This document shows positions 10,817 to 22,300 of a stretch of 64,000 nt of DNA, one piece after another. Origin of the DNA: Podarcis gaigeae (taxonomy: Eukaryota); NCBI GenBank assembly GCA_964106915.2, contig OZ066918.1. One strand, 5' to 3'. Under the pieces are notes generated by a model. The model had not been told where the DNA came from. It ran no database searches and worked only from the letters and a program-made list of their open reading frames with translations. Made by a program: the position numbers and the translations under genes. The first letter of the stretch is position 1. Each line of letters begins with the position of its first letter.

Positions 10817-13305
10817 CTGAAAAAGAATGCGAATAATAATCTTAGCCCACAAAGAGCTAGTCAAGAGCAGAACACTACACAGCTGAATATTAAAAATGGA
10901 ATTCGAGATAAACGACAACATGACAAATGTAGTACCTCAAACACGAAGCAGTAAGGTCATAGAGCTTGACATTGTAGCAAATAATTATGGAATAAGCTCG
11001 AAGCAGCAAAAATCATCCAGACTACACAGACATTCATAGATGCAAAACTCAGTTACTAGCTTTGATGATTTGCACAAATCTTAGAAATAAATCCAGCACA
11101 ACCAAAAACACAGGGCAGTAGTCAACTAAACAGTCCAGTCAGCGCAAGTATGACCAGTACTGCAACAGGACTACGCCACACCCCCACACCACTCCCGGAT
11201 ATGCTCCAGAATGTTGGGGGGGACAACAGTCCATTGTACAAGGAAAAATCCTTGCGCTTAGAGCCACACTGAATACAACCCACAATTCAAAAAATGTATT
11301 TTAAAATACAGTTTCTCCTGTACCAGAGACACATGACAGATACAATATACAGTTTGTAATTACACACATCTTCCATTAGACAGTTCTACTTCCACATCAG
11401 AAGGGCATCACGTTAATCTCCTCTAGCAGAAACAGCATTTCCCCAATGCTAGATAAAGCTTAGCAGAGAATGCTTCGTTGGACCCAGTGTTGTATCGCCT
11501 AAAGTTGTGTCTGCAGTTTTTGCTGCCACTGCTTTATCGTAAGCAGTGGAAGCAAAGCTTGAAAAGGTATTTTGATACTGCAGAGCATATGGTCCACACA
11601 ATTCCTGAAACCATCCAGATCCTGGAACAATAAATCACATTAGCAGTTGTGCTGGGCTGCTGTGTGGATCCTGCTGCTTATGCGGGTTCGGTTGAACTCT
11701 GCATGCATCCAATCTGAAACTGTTCTACATAAGAGGAGCCAATGGCCCATCTAGTCCAGCATCCTGTTCTCACAGTGGTCAAAGAGATGCTTGGTCAAAC
11801 AGAGTGGTCAAGCAGGCTCTGAGCACAATAGCACTCTGTCCACCTGTGATTCACAGCAACTGTATTCAGTGGCACACTCCTTCTGACAGTGGGTGGAACA
11901 TGACCATTGTGCCTAGTAGCTATTGACAGCCTTATGCTCCATGAATATCTCCAATCCTTTCTTAAAGCCATCCAAATTGGTGGCCACCACCTCTCCTGTG
12001 GGAGTGGGTTCCATAGTTTAACTATACACTGGCCGTAGATTGCACTAGTGCAGGCACTGCTGGCTCCAATGCCATGTATTTCCTCAGTTCACTCAAAACT
12101 GTATATGAACATTTATGAACGAAGGCCAGAATATTGTTATCTTTCAAGTAACAGTATTCAGAAGTTCAAATCGCATAATTCAATGATTAACTGCAGGCCT
12201 TGTCTACAACTTTAGAAGGCTTGGTTTGTGGATTTTAAAAGGCTTGGGTTCTGGATGAAGAGTTTTCCTGTCTGATCTGACCCTGCTAGCCCACAGCTGT
12301 AAAATACTCTTGTTACTCTTGTCTAAAGCCACCTAGAACGGAGAGTACGCAGACCAGCTCCAAGCACAGTCAGCACAGACGGCCATGCAAATGTAGATGG
12401 CTATTCTTGGTAAGTCGCTCATGAAGTACCTTGAGGTCTCTCCGTTCAAGATGCAGGAGCTCAGAGCCCCGGACGTCATGCCGGATGAAGATATCCTTAT
12501 ACTCACAAAGACTGAGGTGCTCAAGCCAGGCCGCAACCTCCTCCGTTCCCCAGAGGTGAACTGTCAGAGATGGAAAAGCAGGAGTGTGTTGAGTACCCAA
12601 AAGCCCAGAGGAGAGAAAAAAGGTGATCACCAGCAAACACCGAAGTAGATCAAAAAGAGAAGGGGAAACAATACTAAACCTCACAGTAGAAGGAATGACA
12701 AGTGATTCAACAATTCCAGAGCAAGAGAAAGGAAGCAAGATTACAAGCCAAGACGTGGTTTTAAATGGAGGCTGGATGTAGTGGAAGCTGTTTTTACCTA
12801 GGACTCATTTTATGCTACTGATAGTATGCCTGAATGGACGCTTGCCACACGGTCTGACCAGCAACTTAACAGGATAAAATGTGTGAATGTGAACTAAACT
12901 ATCAAGTAATTCAGCTAAGGTGAATATCAGTTTGCCACAAGACAAATCTGGACATTCACAGAAATAGTGCAAAATCCCATCTTTAAAAGCTGGGATAAGA
13001 AAAAGTCTTTTGTCCATGAATATAGCCCCTTCCCCTTCCTTTGTAGCATACATAAATTAAATATGGAAACTGAACAGGGAAACTATGGCTACCAGCTTTT
13101 GAACAAGCCAAGATCTTAAACCAATTCCAAACTATGGTTCAGATCCTGGCTTGTTCCAGAGATGGTAACTATAGTTTCCTGGTTAGAACAGATGCTTCCT
13201 AATTAGAAGCTACAGTCAACTGGAGACTTGGGTGTATTATTCTGGTGTGCTGTGAAGGGAGAAGAGAAGGGACTGCATGCATGGGGAAAGGGATCATTCA
13301 CACAT

Positions 13306-13350
<45 letters not shown>

Positions 13351-16300
13351 ATTACGACAAGATACAATAGTCAGAACCCAATCCATCTGTTCCCTAATGC
13401 CATGCCCATGAATAAAGGAAATAGAAACCCTGATACTTTTATCACTTCTTTTCAAGGCAGTAAGTCTTGTTGCACATATTCTTGGTTAGCAAACTCATTT
13501 GCGTCCCTTATAGGCACAGTGGCAATGCCTTTTTGTTCCTCTAAAGGGAAAGAAGTTTTGTCATGATCACACACAGCCTCTCCACTAGCCTCGAAATAAG
13601 AGAAGAGCAAATAGAACCTTAAAGTCCAGAGGAAAGCGAGAGAATACGGATATGCCACAAAATTAATGGGAGAGAGGATGGTACTATTAGCACCATGGAA
13701 CCAACAGAATTTACAGATGTAAAAGCCAGAATGTTTTCATAAGAAAGAATATAAGTCAACAAATCAACTAACAGCTGGAAAGGAAGTATTCTGATACCAT
13801 TTGAATTGTTGATTTCAAGGGGCTATTTTTAATATCATACCAATCAACAAGGATTAAAGCTAGGGATGCACCAGTGATGATGCAGAATTCCCAGACATTT
13901 AGACATGAGGACTTGATTGAAGACTGAGAGTGAATCAATGAGAGAAAATCATTAACCAAATCAGTGAGTATTAGCAGTGGGAGATCTGGAGTTATGCGGA
14001 CTTGGGCTCCACAGTCCTTTTGCTATCTAAAGCTACAAATCCTTGAATGAATTGCCTTTGAAAGTCACTGAAGGTCTCTTTGAAGGATGTTCTCAGTTAT
14101 TTTTATATATTTTAGTGCTGTACATTTTCTAGGAGAGAACCCAGCAAGTGTGTTATTTTGCTTGGGGATAGCTACCTGATAAAATAAATGAAAGAGTCAA
14201 ACACAAAAGAGTGTGGGAGGAGAAGTAGGGAGTGTTCAGAGAGAGGCAGAAGAGAAGGGTTTTTGCATTTAGTGGGGGCGCAGATGTGCAGGTGCACATA
14301 TGGCTACATGTGTGAAGAAGGGCGAAGAGGAAATACACAGACTGGCGGTACCCGGCAATCCCAAGCTGCTACGAGTTTCTTTATTCTTGTTGTTCTTCTC
14401 CTTTTTAAACTTTGTCACCAGACGAAATTTGCCGCTCCGGCTGCGTTTAGAATAATCCAGCATTTGGTTCTGCAGGGCGGGGAGAACAACAATATAGATA
14501 TTTCACGATAAGGAATGTCTATGAGTAAGGTTTTTTTAGGAGAGAGGTGAAAAATTGCCATCTCAACTAATTAAGTTCAATTCAATTTAGTTACATTAAT
14601 TTTATTTAGATTAGCTCAGGATGCTTTGAAAGAGGAAGGCACCAAGCCGATTATTCTCACATTCCTGTGCTATCCCAATAACAAATCACAATGAAAGGCT
14701 GCCAGTAGCTTTACCCTCCTCATCTGACGTTACCTCTTCATCACTGGGTTCCATTAGCTGCCACAGCCAAGGAATGTCTGCTAGCTTCCTCATATGAAAG
14801 TCCATTTCTGCCAGCGCTGCTAGGAGCTGCTCCTTCTGTGGGGGATCCAACTGCTGCATCAGAAAAAAAGCACACAAGCACACCTAAGAGCTGCACAGCT
14901 TAATGGAGAACTAACCACTATCAAGACAACCAGAAAGTCCCTAATTAACTGTAATTTCCTATTTTGTCTAAACAAGGGAAAATATGGTTACCAGATTCAA
15001 ATACCCAGGATTTTATACCAACTTCAAGATCAGGCTTGTTCAAAAGTTGGTAACTATAGTTTCCTGGTTTAAACGAAACAAGGAACTATAGTTTAATTGC
15101 ATCTTGTGTGAAGGAAGGACTGAAGGAGCTCTGTGCACAGGCAAAAGCCTTATTCACATCTTAGCCAAGATATGATTGTCCAAATGTTAGCACACGAACT
15201 CGTGCTGTAATTTGGCTTTTTAAAAAAACACCCTTCTACTCTGTCAAGCCCAATTACAATGGAGATGTTATTTTGCTGGGTGAAGGGGTGCTGCAGCAGC
15301 TGGGTTAGACTTTCCCTTCCCCAGCTGTCATCCCTTCTTCTGGACAAAAGACACTTCTGCCACAATTAGGCTTGGAAGCTTTCTTTTGTTCCAATAGAAG
15401 CCTAATTGTTGCAGGGTGTGTAATCTTCCTGGAGATTGGAATGGAGGAAAGGTTAATTCTGGACTTCTCAGCTACGCTGTCCAAGAAGATTACTCCTCCA
15501 CTACACTACATTTTGCAAAATACACACCCACTGAACCTAACTTCTGGCAATGGGAGGAATACATGTGGTTCCAATGTGTGTGTGGTGTGTACACAGTTTC
15601 TATGGTTTGCAAATGCGCCCATGGCCCAAAAGGGTTAGCAATGAATTCTGACAAATGGAATTATATTTCTAGAATATATTAGTATCTATTCTTCTAAAGA
15701 GCTCTAGCATGTGCTGGCTGCATCATGGAAGATAAAACCATGGATCTAATGTTGCTAAATTGCAGAAATAGGAAACAACAATATTTAGGGACTGGATGAG
15801 GGAGGTAAAGGCACTGTCAACTGTGTGAGTGCCTAGCTGTGGACTTGAAAAAACAGGGAGAATTATGTTCTCAGCAAGGGCAAAAAAGTAACAGAAATAG
15901 CTAGCAAACACCTTTCCTAATATTTATCCCTTACCAGGGCCATTTTGCCAGCCAGGAGCAGTTCTGTTTCATTATGCAGGGCTTTAATATTATTCGCCAT
16001 CTCTACAACAAGGTTGCAGTTCAGGCCCTGTGGAAAGACAATAAGTGTAAGGACTGGAAGTCTGAAACTCCAAACCAATATAAAACTAAATAAAATAGTC
16101 ACAGAGCCCAAGCTACAGGAACAAGTTGGGTTCAGGCAAAGAGAAACCTGCCCATACCTCTGTAGACTTGGACTTGGCATATACTTTGTCCATAGACTTG
16201 GAGCTAGCATTGACTGCATGAGCAAGTTCTTGTTCCATGTCCTGGTACGACTGAGCTATTTCCCGAATGCTGTGGGTGGGAAGAGGAGAGGTGAAGAAAG

Positions 16301-19300
16301 CAATAGCATCTACTTTCTGGGCTGTTGTCTCATTCTGGCACCACCACCTCCAAAAGAACCCGAGAAGAAAAGAAAATGTCCTCACCTGTGAATCAGAGTG
16401 CCCGCTGCTTGGCAAAACTGATTGATCTGGGTGGACTCTTCTTCAGATATAATCTCTGGATGCAGGGAGAAAGAAGCAGGGCGGGGCAGCTCACATTTTT
16501 GTTTGTCTTCCCAGGACTTTAAGGTGCTCTCAAATGCCTGGAAAAAAGGAAGGGAGGCTATCACTATTCCATGCCATCTGTGATTATTTAGGAGAAACTG
16601 GTATCTTTATATTATACTTTCTGCATGCACAGAAACATTTCCTCCCATCTCTGTAAAATCTATCATGATTTTATTTACCAGATTTTTAGACCAAACTTCA
16701 TCACATGTAGTGATCTCAGGGTAGTTTCTAAAATAACTTATTCTATTCAGCACAAATATATTACATTCAAGAACAATAATATGCAATGCTTAAAACCAAT
16801 CATTAATAAAATACTACAGGAAAAACCTAAAATATTAGACAGCATCCACTAATTTCCCTTAAAGGCCTGGGAGAAGAGATAAGCTTCCATTACCAAGTGA
16901 GAACATAGCAAAACTGTTTCCATCTACACTTCCATGGGAAGGGAATCACACAATCAGGGTCCTCTCCCTCAGTATCACACAGCAGGCCAAACCCACTGGC
17001 AGGATGACAAGAGCAGCCCTCCCAACCACAGAGTCCAGGACTGACGATATTCCACATCAGCCTTGGAGTGGAGGAGCTCAGATTTCTCTTTTGCTTTGTA
17101 GGTTCATCTCGCAATGTATAAGAAAGTTCCTCTTACCCTATCTCTGGTTAGTGTCTGTGCCCTGTTTTTATGAACAATCCAAATATATCCTGGAGGTTGG
17201 ATCCAGGCCTCTCCATCAACTTGCACAGGAACTCCTTCGTCTCCCAAGATTGCTATCTTCACTGTCCGGCACTATGAAAAATCCTTGTGTTAAACATATC
17301 CTAAATCATACAGCATGCCATGTTTTGTTTACAGCAGCCCAAGTATCTCCCTATGTCCCACAGTAACTAACAGTTTCCCCAGCTTGTTTCCTCTGGTGCT
17401 GCTAGATGAGAATTTGAATTTGTAAGTTCTACCCAGCTCAGTGCAATATTGAGAAACCAGCCTATGCTGAATGCTGTTGATCACTGCCTTTATTAGCCTT
17501 GAACTATATCAACCACTGAATGCAGAGTTATAGGCTATATACTTTATGGAACAGATAGTAACTTTTTGGTTCTCTCAAAGAAAAACAGGTAATGTGCAAA
17601 ATCACGTGTGAACCGCAAGCCGAATAGTAAGCAGCATGGACTGGCTGGATGCAGAGGCGGGGTGGGAGTCACCAGCAGGGGAACCCACAAGGGAACCCTA
17701 GAGGAAGAAGGCTCAGAGCCAGGAAACTGGTGGTGGGACAACAATGAGTGGTCAGAGGGAGAAGAAGGGGCAGACTAGGAGAAGGTGGTGTCAGAAGCTG
17801 AAGAGGCAACAGGGTTTAGTGAGCAGGAAGAGGCTGGGGCAGAGATCAGTCCAGAATCAGAGGCAGGACAGGAGGGGGGCCAGGAGACAGATATGAGGGA
17901 GGCTGCGGAAGAATCCAGGGAATTTCTCCCTCCTGCTCCCCTCCCCTCTGGTCTCCTAGAACACATAGAGGAATTAAGAAAGTGGAGCAATGAGAGAATA
18001 GATAAAGGAGCCTGAAATTTCTTTGGAAAGACCCGAGGGAGGAAGAGTCTTAAGGAGCGGTAGAAAGGCTGGGACCTTCAGTCCTCACAACTCCCTCCTT
18101 AGGGCAAGTCCTACTGGGAAGAGTTGCTGTGATCACCAAGCCTGCACTCTTTTGGTTTCTTTGAATAAAGAGCTATCTTCACTGACACTGGGCGTTTTAT
18201 TGCTGACCTATGCCTGACTCCCGCTCCTGACAGATACCTGGGCAATTCGGTGATGCTGTAGGTTAATCACACGTGAGACAGCCATTTGCATACTACCAAA
18301 CACTGCTACCACTTCCAGGATCTTGTCATCGAAAGAAGGAGCTGTAAATGTCTAAGAGAAACAAAGAAAGAGAAATTAATTCAGCTTGACCTTCAGTTAT
18401 AATGGCCTCCTTTGCTTCTCACTAATGTCAGGGCAAGATACAGCTATATATCCTCCTGACATCCCTCTCTTCCCACACCCCATCCTAGTTGCTGCTAGTA
18501 TAGTAATAAATCAAGTAGTGTTGCTGCCTGGTAGAGAATAATAATAGTGGAGTAGAACGAACATATCAGCATTAAAAACCAGGAGACCTTTGGCTGGACT
18601 GGTGAATATATTCCCCTCAATCTGACTCATCTTGTGGAGGCAAGTGACAGTGTGCCTGTACATCCCAGAATCATCTGCCCCAACTCTGATGACATCTGTG
18701 GATGTTACACACACTGAATTACTGTATATTCATATAGGGCAAAATCGTGCAACCAATTCCTCAGGAGAAAAACAACATTTGTGCAATCTTAGCCCATCAT
18801 CAGAGATAACATTACAATGTGGCGCTCATATTAAAACAAACATGTATCTAAAACCCTCTAGCTATGAGTGTTTCATCTGAAGGCTTTTGGTACAAAGAAG
18901 AATAAATGGAAGGTGAAGGACACCTTCATTTGCAAAAAATTTAAAGTACTCACATCATCTTCCTTTGTGCCCCCCCAGAAGTTGGTGCCTCCTGCATAGC
19001 TGGGAATGTTGAGTACGGCAATTCCCTGAAGACTGGGCAAAGGAATTGGACGTCCATCACACTGCATGATATAAATAAATTTGTTTATAGTATGTAAGAT
19101 TCCACAGGTTTCAAGGATCAGTAGGTTACTAGCCTTTAAAAGTGCAATTAATCAGAGTTTATCTCAGGGTGAGAAACCTCTTTCAGACACAGGACCTCGT
19201 TTTCTCTTAGCCAGCCTTTCAAGGGCTGCGTGACAGTGGCTTCTGTTGCTTAGACAAAAGTGGGTGTGGCCAAACTTCCCCCAATGCATAGGGATATACA

Positions 19301-22300
19301 CACACAAAGTGCACATGCCCACACATACCACCCCCTGCCCCCCAGCAATTAGACTTGAAAAAAGCATGTATTTAGAGCATTTGGAAGCTTTTTAAAGCTT
19401 AATAGCAAGGGGGAATATTGTTAGAAATTGCATCTGGGGGTGGTTATTCCATCCCTTCCCAGCTGTATTATTCAAGAAGAACCTTCCACCTGCAACAATT
19501 AGACTTAAAAACCCCTTTTTGATTGCAGTCAACAGAAGACTTATTTCAGACCCAACTGCAGTTGGGGTAGGGTGATCTGGGGTTCACAACTGGAAAGGGA
19601 TAATTAATTCTCCCCTCCTCAGCTGTGACCACCACTGTCAAAACAGCTCCTCTACCATTACAATTAAACTTGAAAGAAACCTTCTACTGCAGCGAATAGA
19701 AAGGATTTTTAAAACCTAATTGCAGTATGGGGGTTTGGGTGTGTGGGTACACAGATGGGAAGAGTTCACAAGCAACAGGGAGCCCCAGCTGATGAAGTAT
19801 CAGGGCAAGTTAAACAACCAAGCAACAAGGGGCTAAATAACACCCATTCAATTATTTAATTAAAGCAGCTCAGACTAGTAAGAGAACAGTGAAGTTGCTG
19901 TGCTAGCAGACAAATCCTGTAATAACTCATAACTCAGGAGCTAAGCAGGGAAGCATGAATCATACAAGTTAGGCTAATGGTGCATGATAGCAAACAAATA
20001 ATTCCATGTTTGCATAAACCAAGGAGGTTAAGGGCTACTCATTACCTCTAGCAAAACTTTTTGTTCTAAGTTTTTGTAAGTTCTGTGTAGCAGCTCCTTT
20101 GTTCCAAGAACTCCGTACCACATCATGTTCTTCGTACGACTTCTGAAAATGGAAAGCAAAGAATCAAGTGGTGCAATGGACCACAAATTGCACTGTAATT
20201 TATACTATGATGTTCAGATGAAACCTCACTGCCTGAAAGAAAACAAAAGCCAGACACTGAAATACTTTATCCACTATCCTACAGCAAGAAGTATTAAAGG
20301 AGCAAAAAATGTGGTAAATTTTAATTGGTTTCTCTGGAAATAAATAACTTTGAAAAAAAAATGTTGGACCTAGCAACACAAATCATCAAAGCACTCAGCC
20401 TATGGTTTGCAGTTCTTTAGAAGTAAAAGTGGCCTTATAAGCACATCTGCCAAAGCAGTTGTGAAATAAAAGAAGTGCTGCATCCAATTCCTATCAAAGC
20501 CTGCTTGTTATGAAAAAGATGAAGAAACAAATTACCCAGTATGCAGAAATTTCTTTTTAGTTAAATGCTACCATTGAATGATGCATTGACACAGTCAAGT
20601 AGCATGATGAAATGTGAAGGAGATTTATAACTGTAGTTGACACAACAGGATACAGGTTTTTAAAATGTATAAAACAGCTCCACAAATGATTGATTACCTG
20701 CACTTTTCTGGATGCTCGTCACGCTTGTTGTTGAAGTCCAAAGAGATCTTTGCATCCAGTCCGATTCCAAAATAGTTATTCATCACACATTTCTCTACGT
20801 AACAATCGCTATAAAGAGCAAGAGAGACACCTTTGATGTAAAGTGGTGGGATATTTCAGCATTCTCCATATGCCCCTGTGCCCAATATGGCCACTGTATA
20901 TGAATGAGCTGTCCACCTGTGCACTAGGAATAAAGCCTGTCAGAGGGGGCCTCTGGATTATGTCTCCTATTTCAATAACAAATGACTCAAGAACCTAAAA
21001 CAAAGAGAAGCAAAATAAAATTCCTTTCCATTTCCTTCTTGGGTACAAAAATAACTGTATAGCTCAGTTGGTTAGAGAGTGTGGTGTTGATAATACCAAG
21101 GTTGAAGGTTTGATCCCCGTATGGGACAGCTGCATATTCCTGCATTGCAGGCGGGGAAATAGATGATCCTCAGGGTCTATGATTCTAGGAAAAGTTTTAG
21201 AAACCCCTCAGCCAGAAGAACATAGCCAGCTTTCTCATCACAACTAGCAGTTTCTGTCACTTAAAAAAACCTGAAACATATTACAGGCAACTCCTTATAT
21301 ACATGCGCTCTATTTTGTGTCCTCTATTTGTGAAGAGGGACGCGGGTGGCGCTGTGGGTAAAACCTCAGTGCCTAGGACTTGCCAATCGTAAGGTCGGCG
21401 GTTCGAATCCCCGCGGTGGGGTGAGCTCCCGTCGTTCGGTCCCAGCTCCTGCCTACCTAGCAGTTCGAAAGCACCCCTAAGTGCAAGTAGATAAATAGGT
21501 ACCGCTTTATAGCAGGAAGGTAAACGGCGTTTCCGTGTGCGGCGCTGGTGCTGGCTCGCCAGCTGCAGCTTCGTCACTCTGGCCACGTGACCCAGAAGTG
21601 TCTTCGGACAGCGCTGGCTCCCGGCCTCTTAAGTGAGATGAGCGCACAACCCTAGAGTTGGACACGACTGGTCCATACGGGCAGGGGTACCTTTACCTTT
21701 ATTTGTGAAGGTGTCCTCTTTGGGCTCTGGGGAGGGTCTCCGCACAAGCCAGAGGGGCAACAGGGCTTCCTCAACTGACATGCAGGGAAGTGGCAACTGT
21801 TGCTGTGCTATCCCTCACGTCAGCTGTTAGGCAGTGAGGCTGAGCAGCTCCACAAAGCCCTGCTGTGCCTCCAGCTTGTGAGGAGACCCACCTTGGAGCC
21901 CGAAGAGGCTCTGGGGTGTGTCTCCTCATGAGCCACTAGGACTCTCCAGGGTGCCCCTATTATAGGCAGTTTTGTGTATGCTCATGGGGGACTGGAACAG
22001 AACCCACACGTAATGTTTAATATGAGACCAGCCATCATGATGGAGGGAGACTTTACTAGAATTCAGATAAGCATGTTAGTAAGTGAAGTCATCTCTTTTA
22101 AAAAACAGGGCTGCTTTCAGTGTTACCACTTTCTGCAAAATCAAAATACTAGACAAGCTTTGTAGAGACTGTCTTGCCTTGTCTACATTGTAAGAAAAAT
22201 GTTCCACTTGCTGTTGAAATGATTTATTCCTCAGTAATACAGTGGCAAAGGGAATCAATTCCCTTCACTCTTATTTGAATACTCACAGATTTTCTGGCTC

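Noticed and set aside
14711-14733. Alternative exon 27 donor (GAG G|gtaaag) 19 nt downstream
   Set aside because: It shifts the frame, while the proximal donor gives the expected 120-nt exon.
21058-21130. tRNA-Ile gene
   Set aside because: Mutated arms and an attached LINE-like tail, so it is a SINE head.
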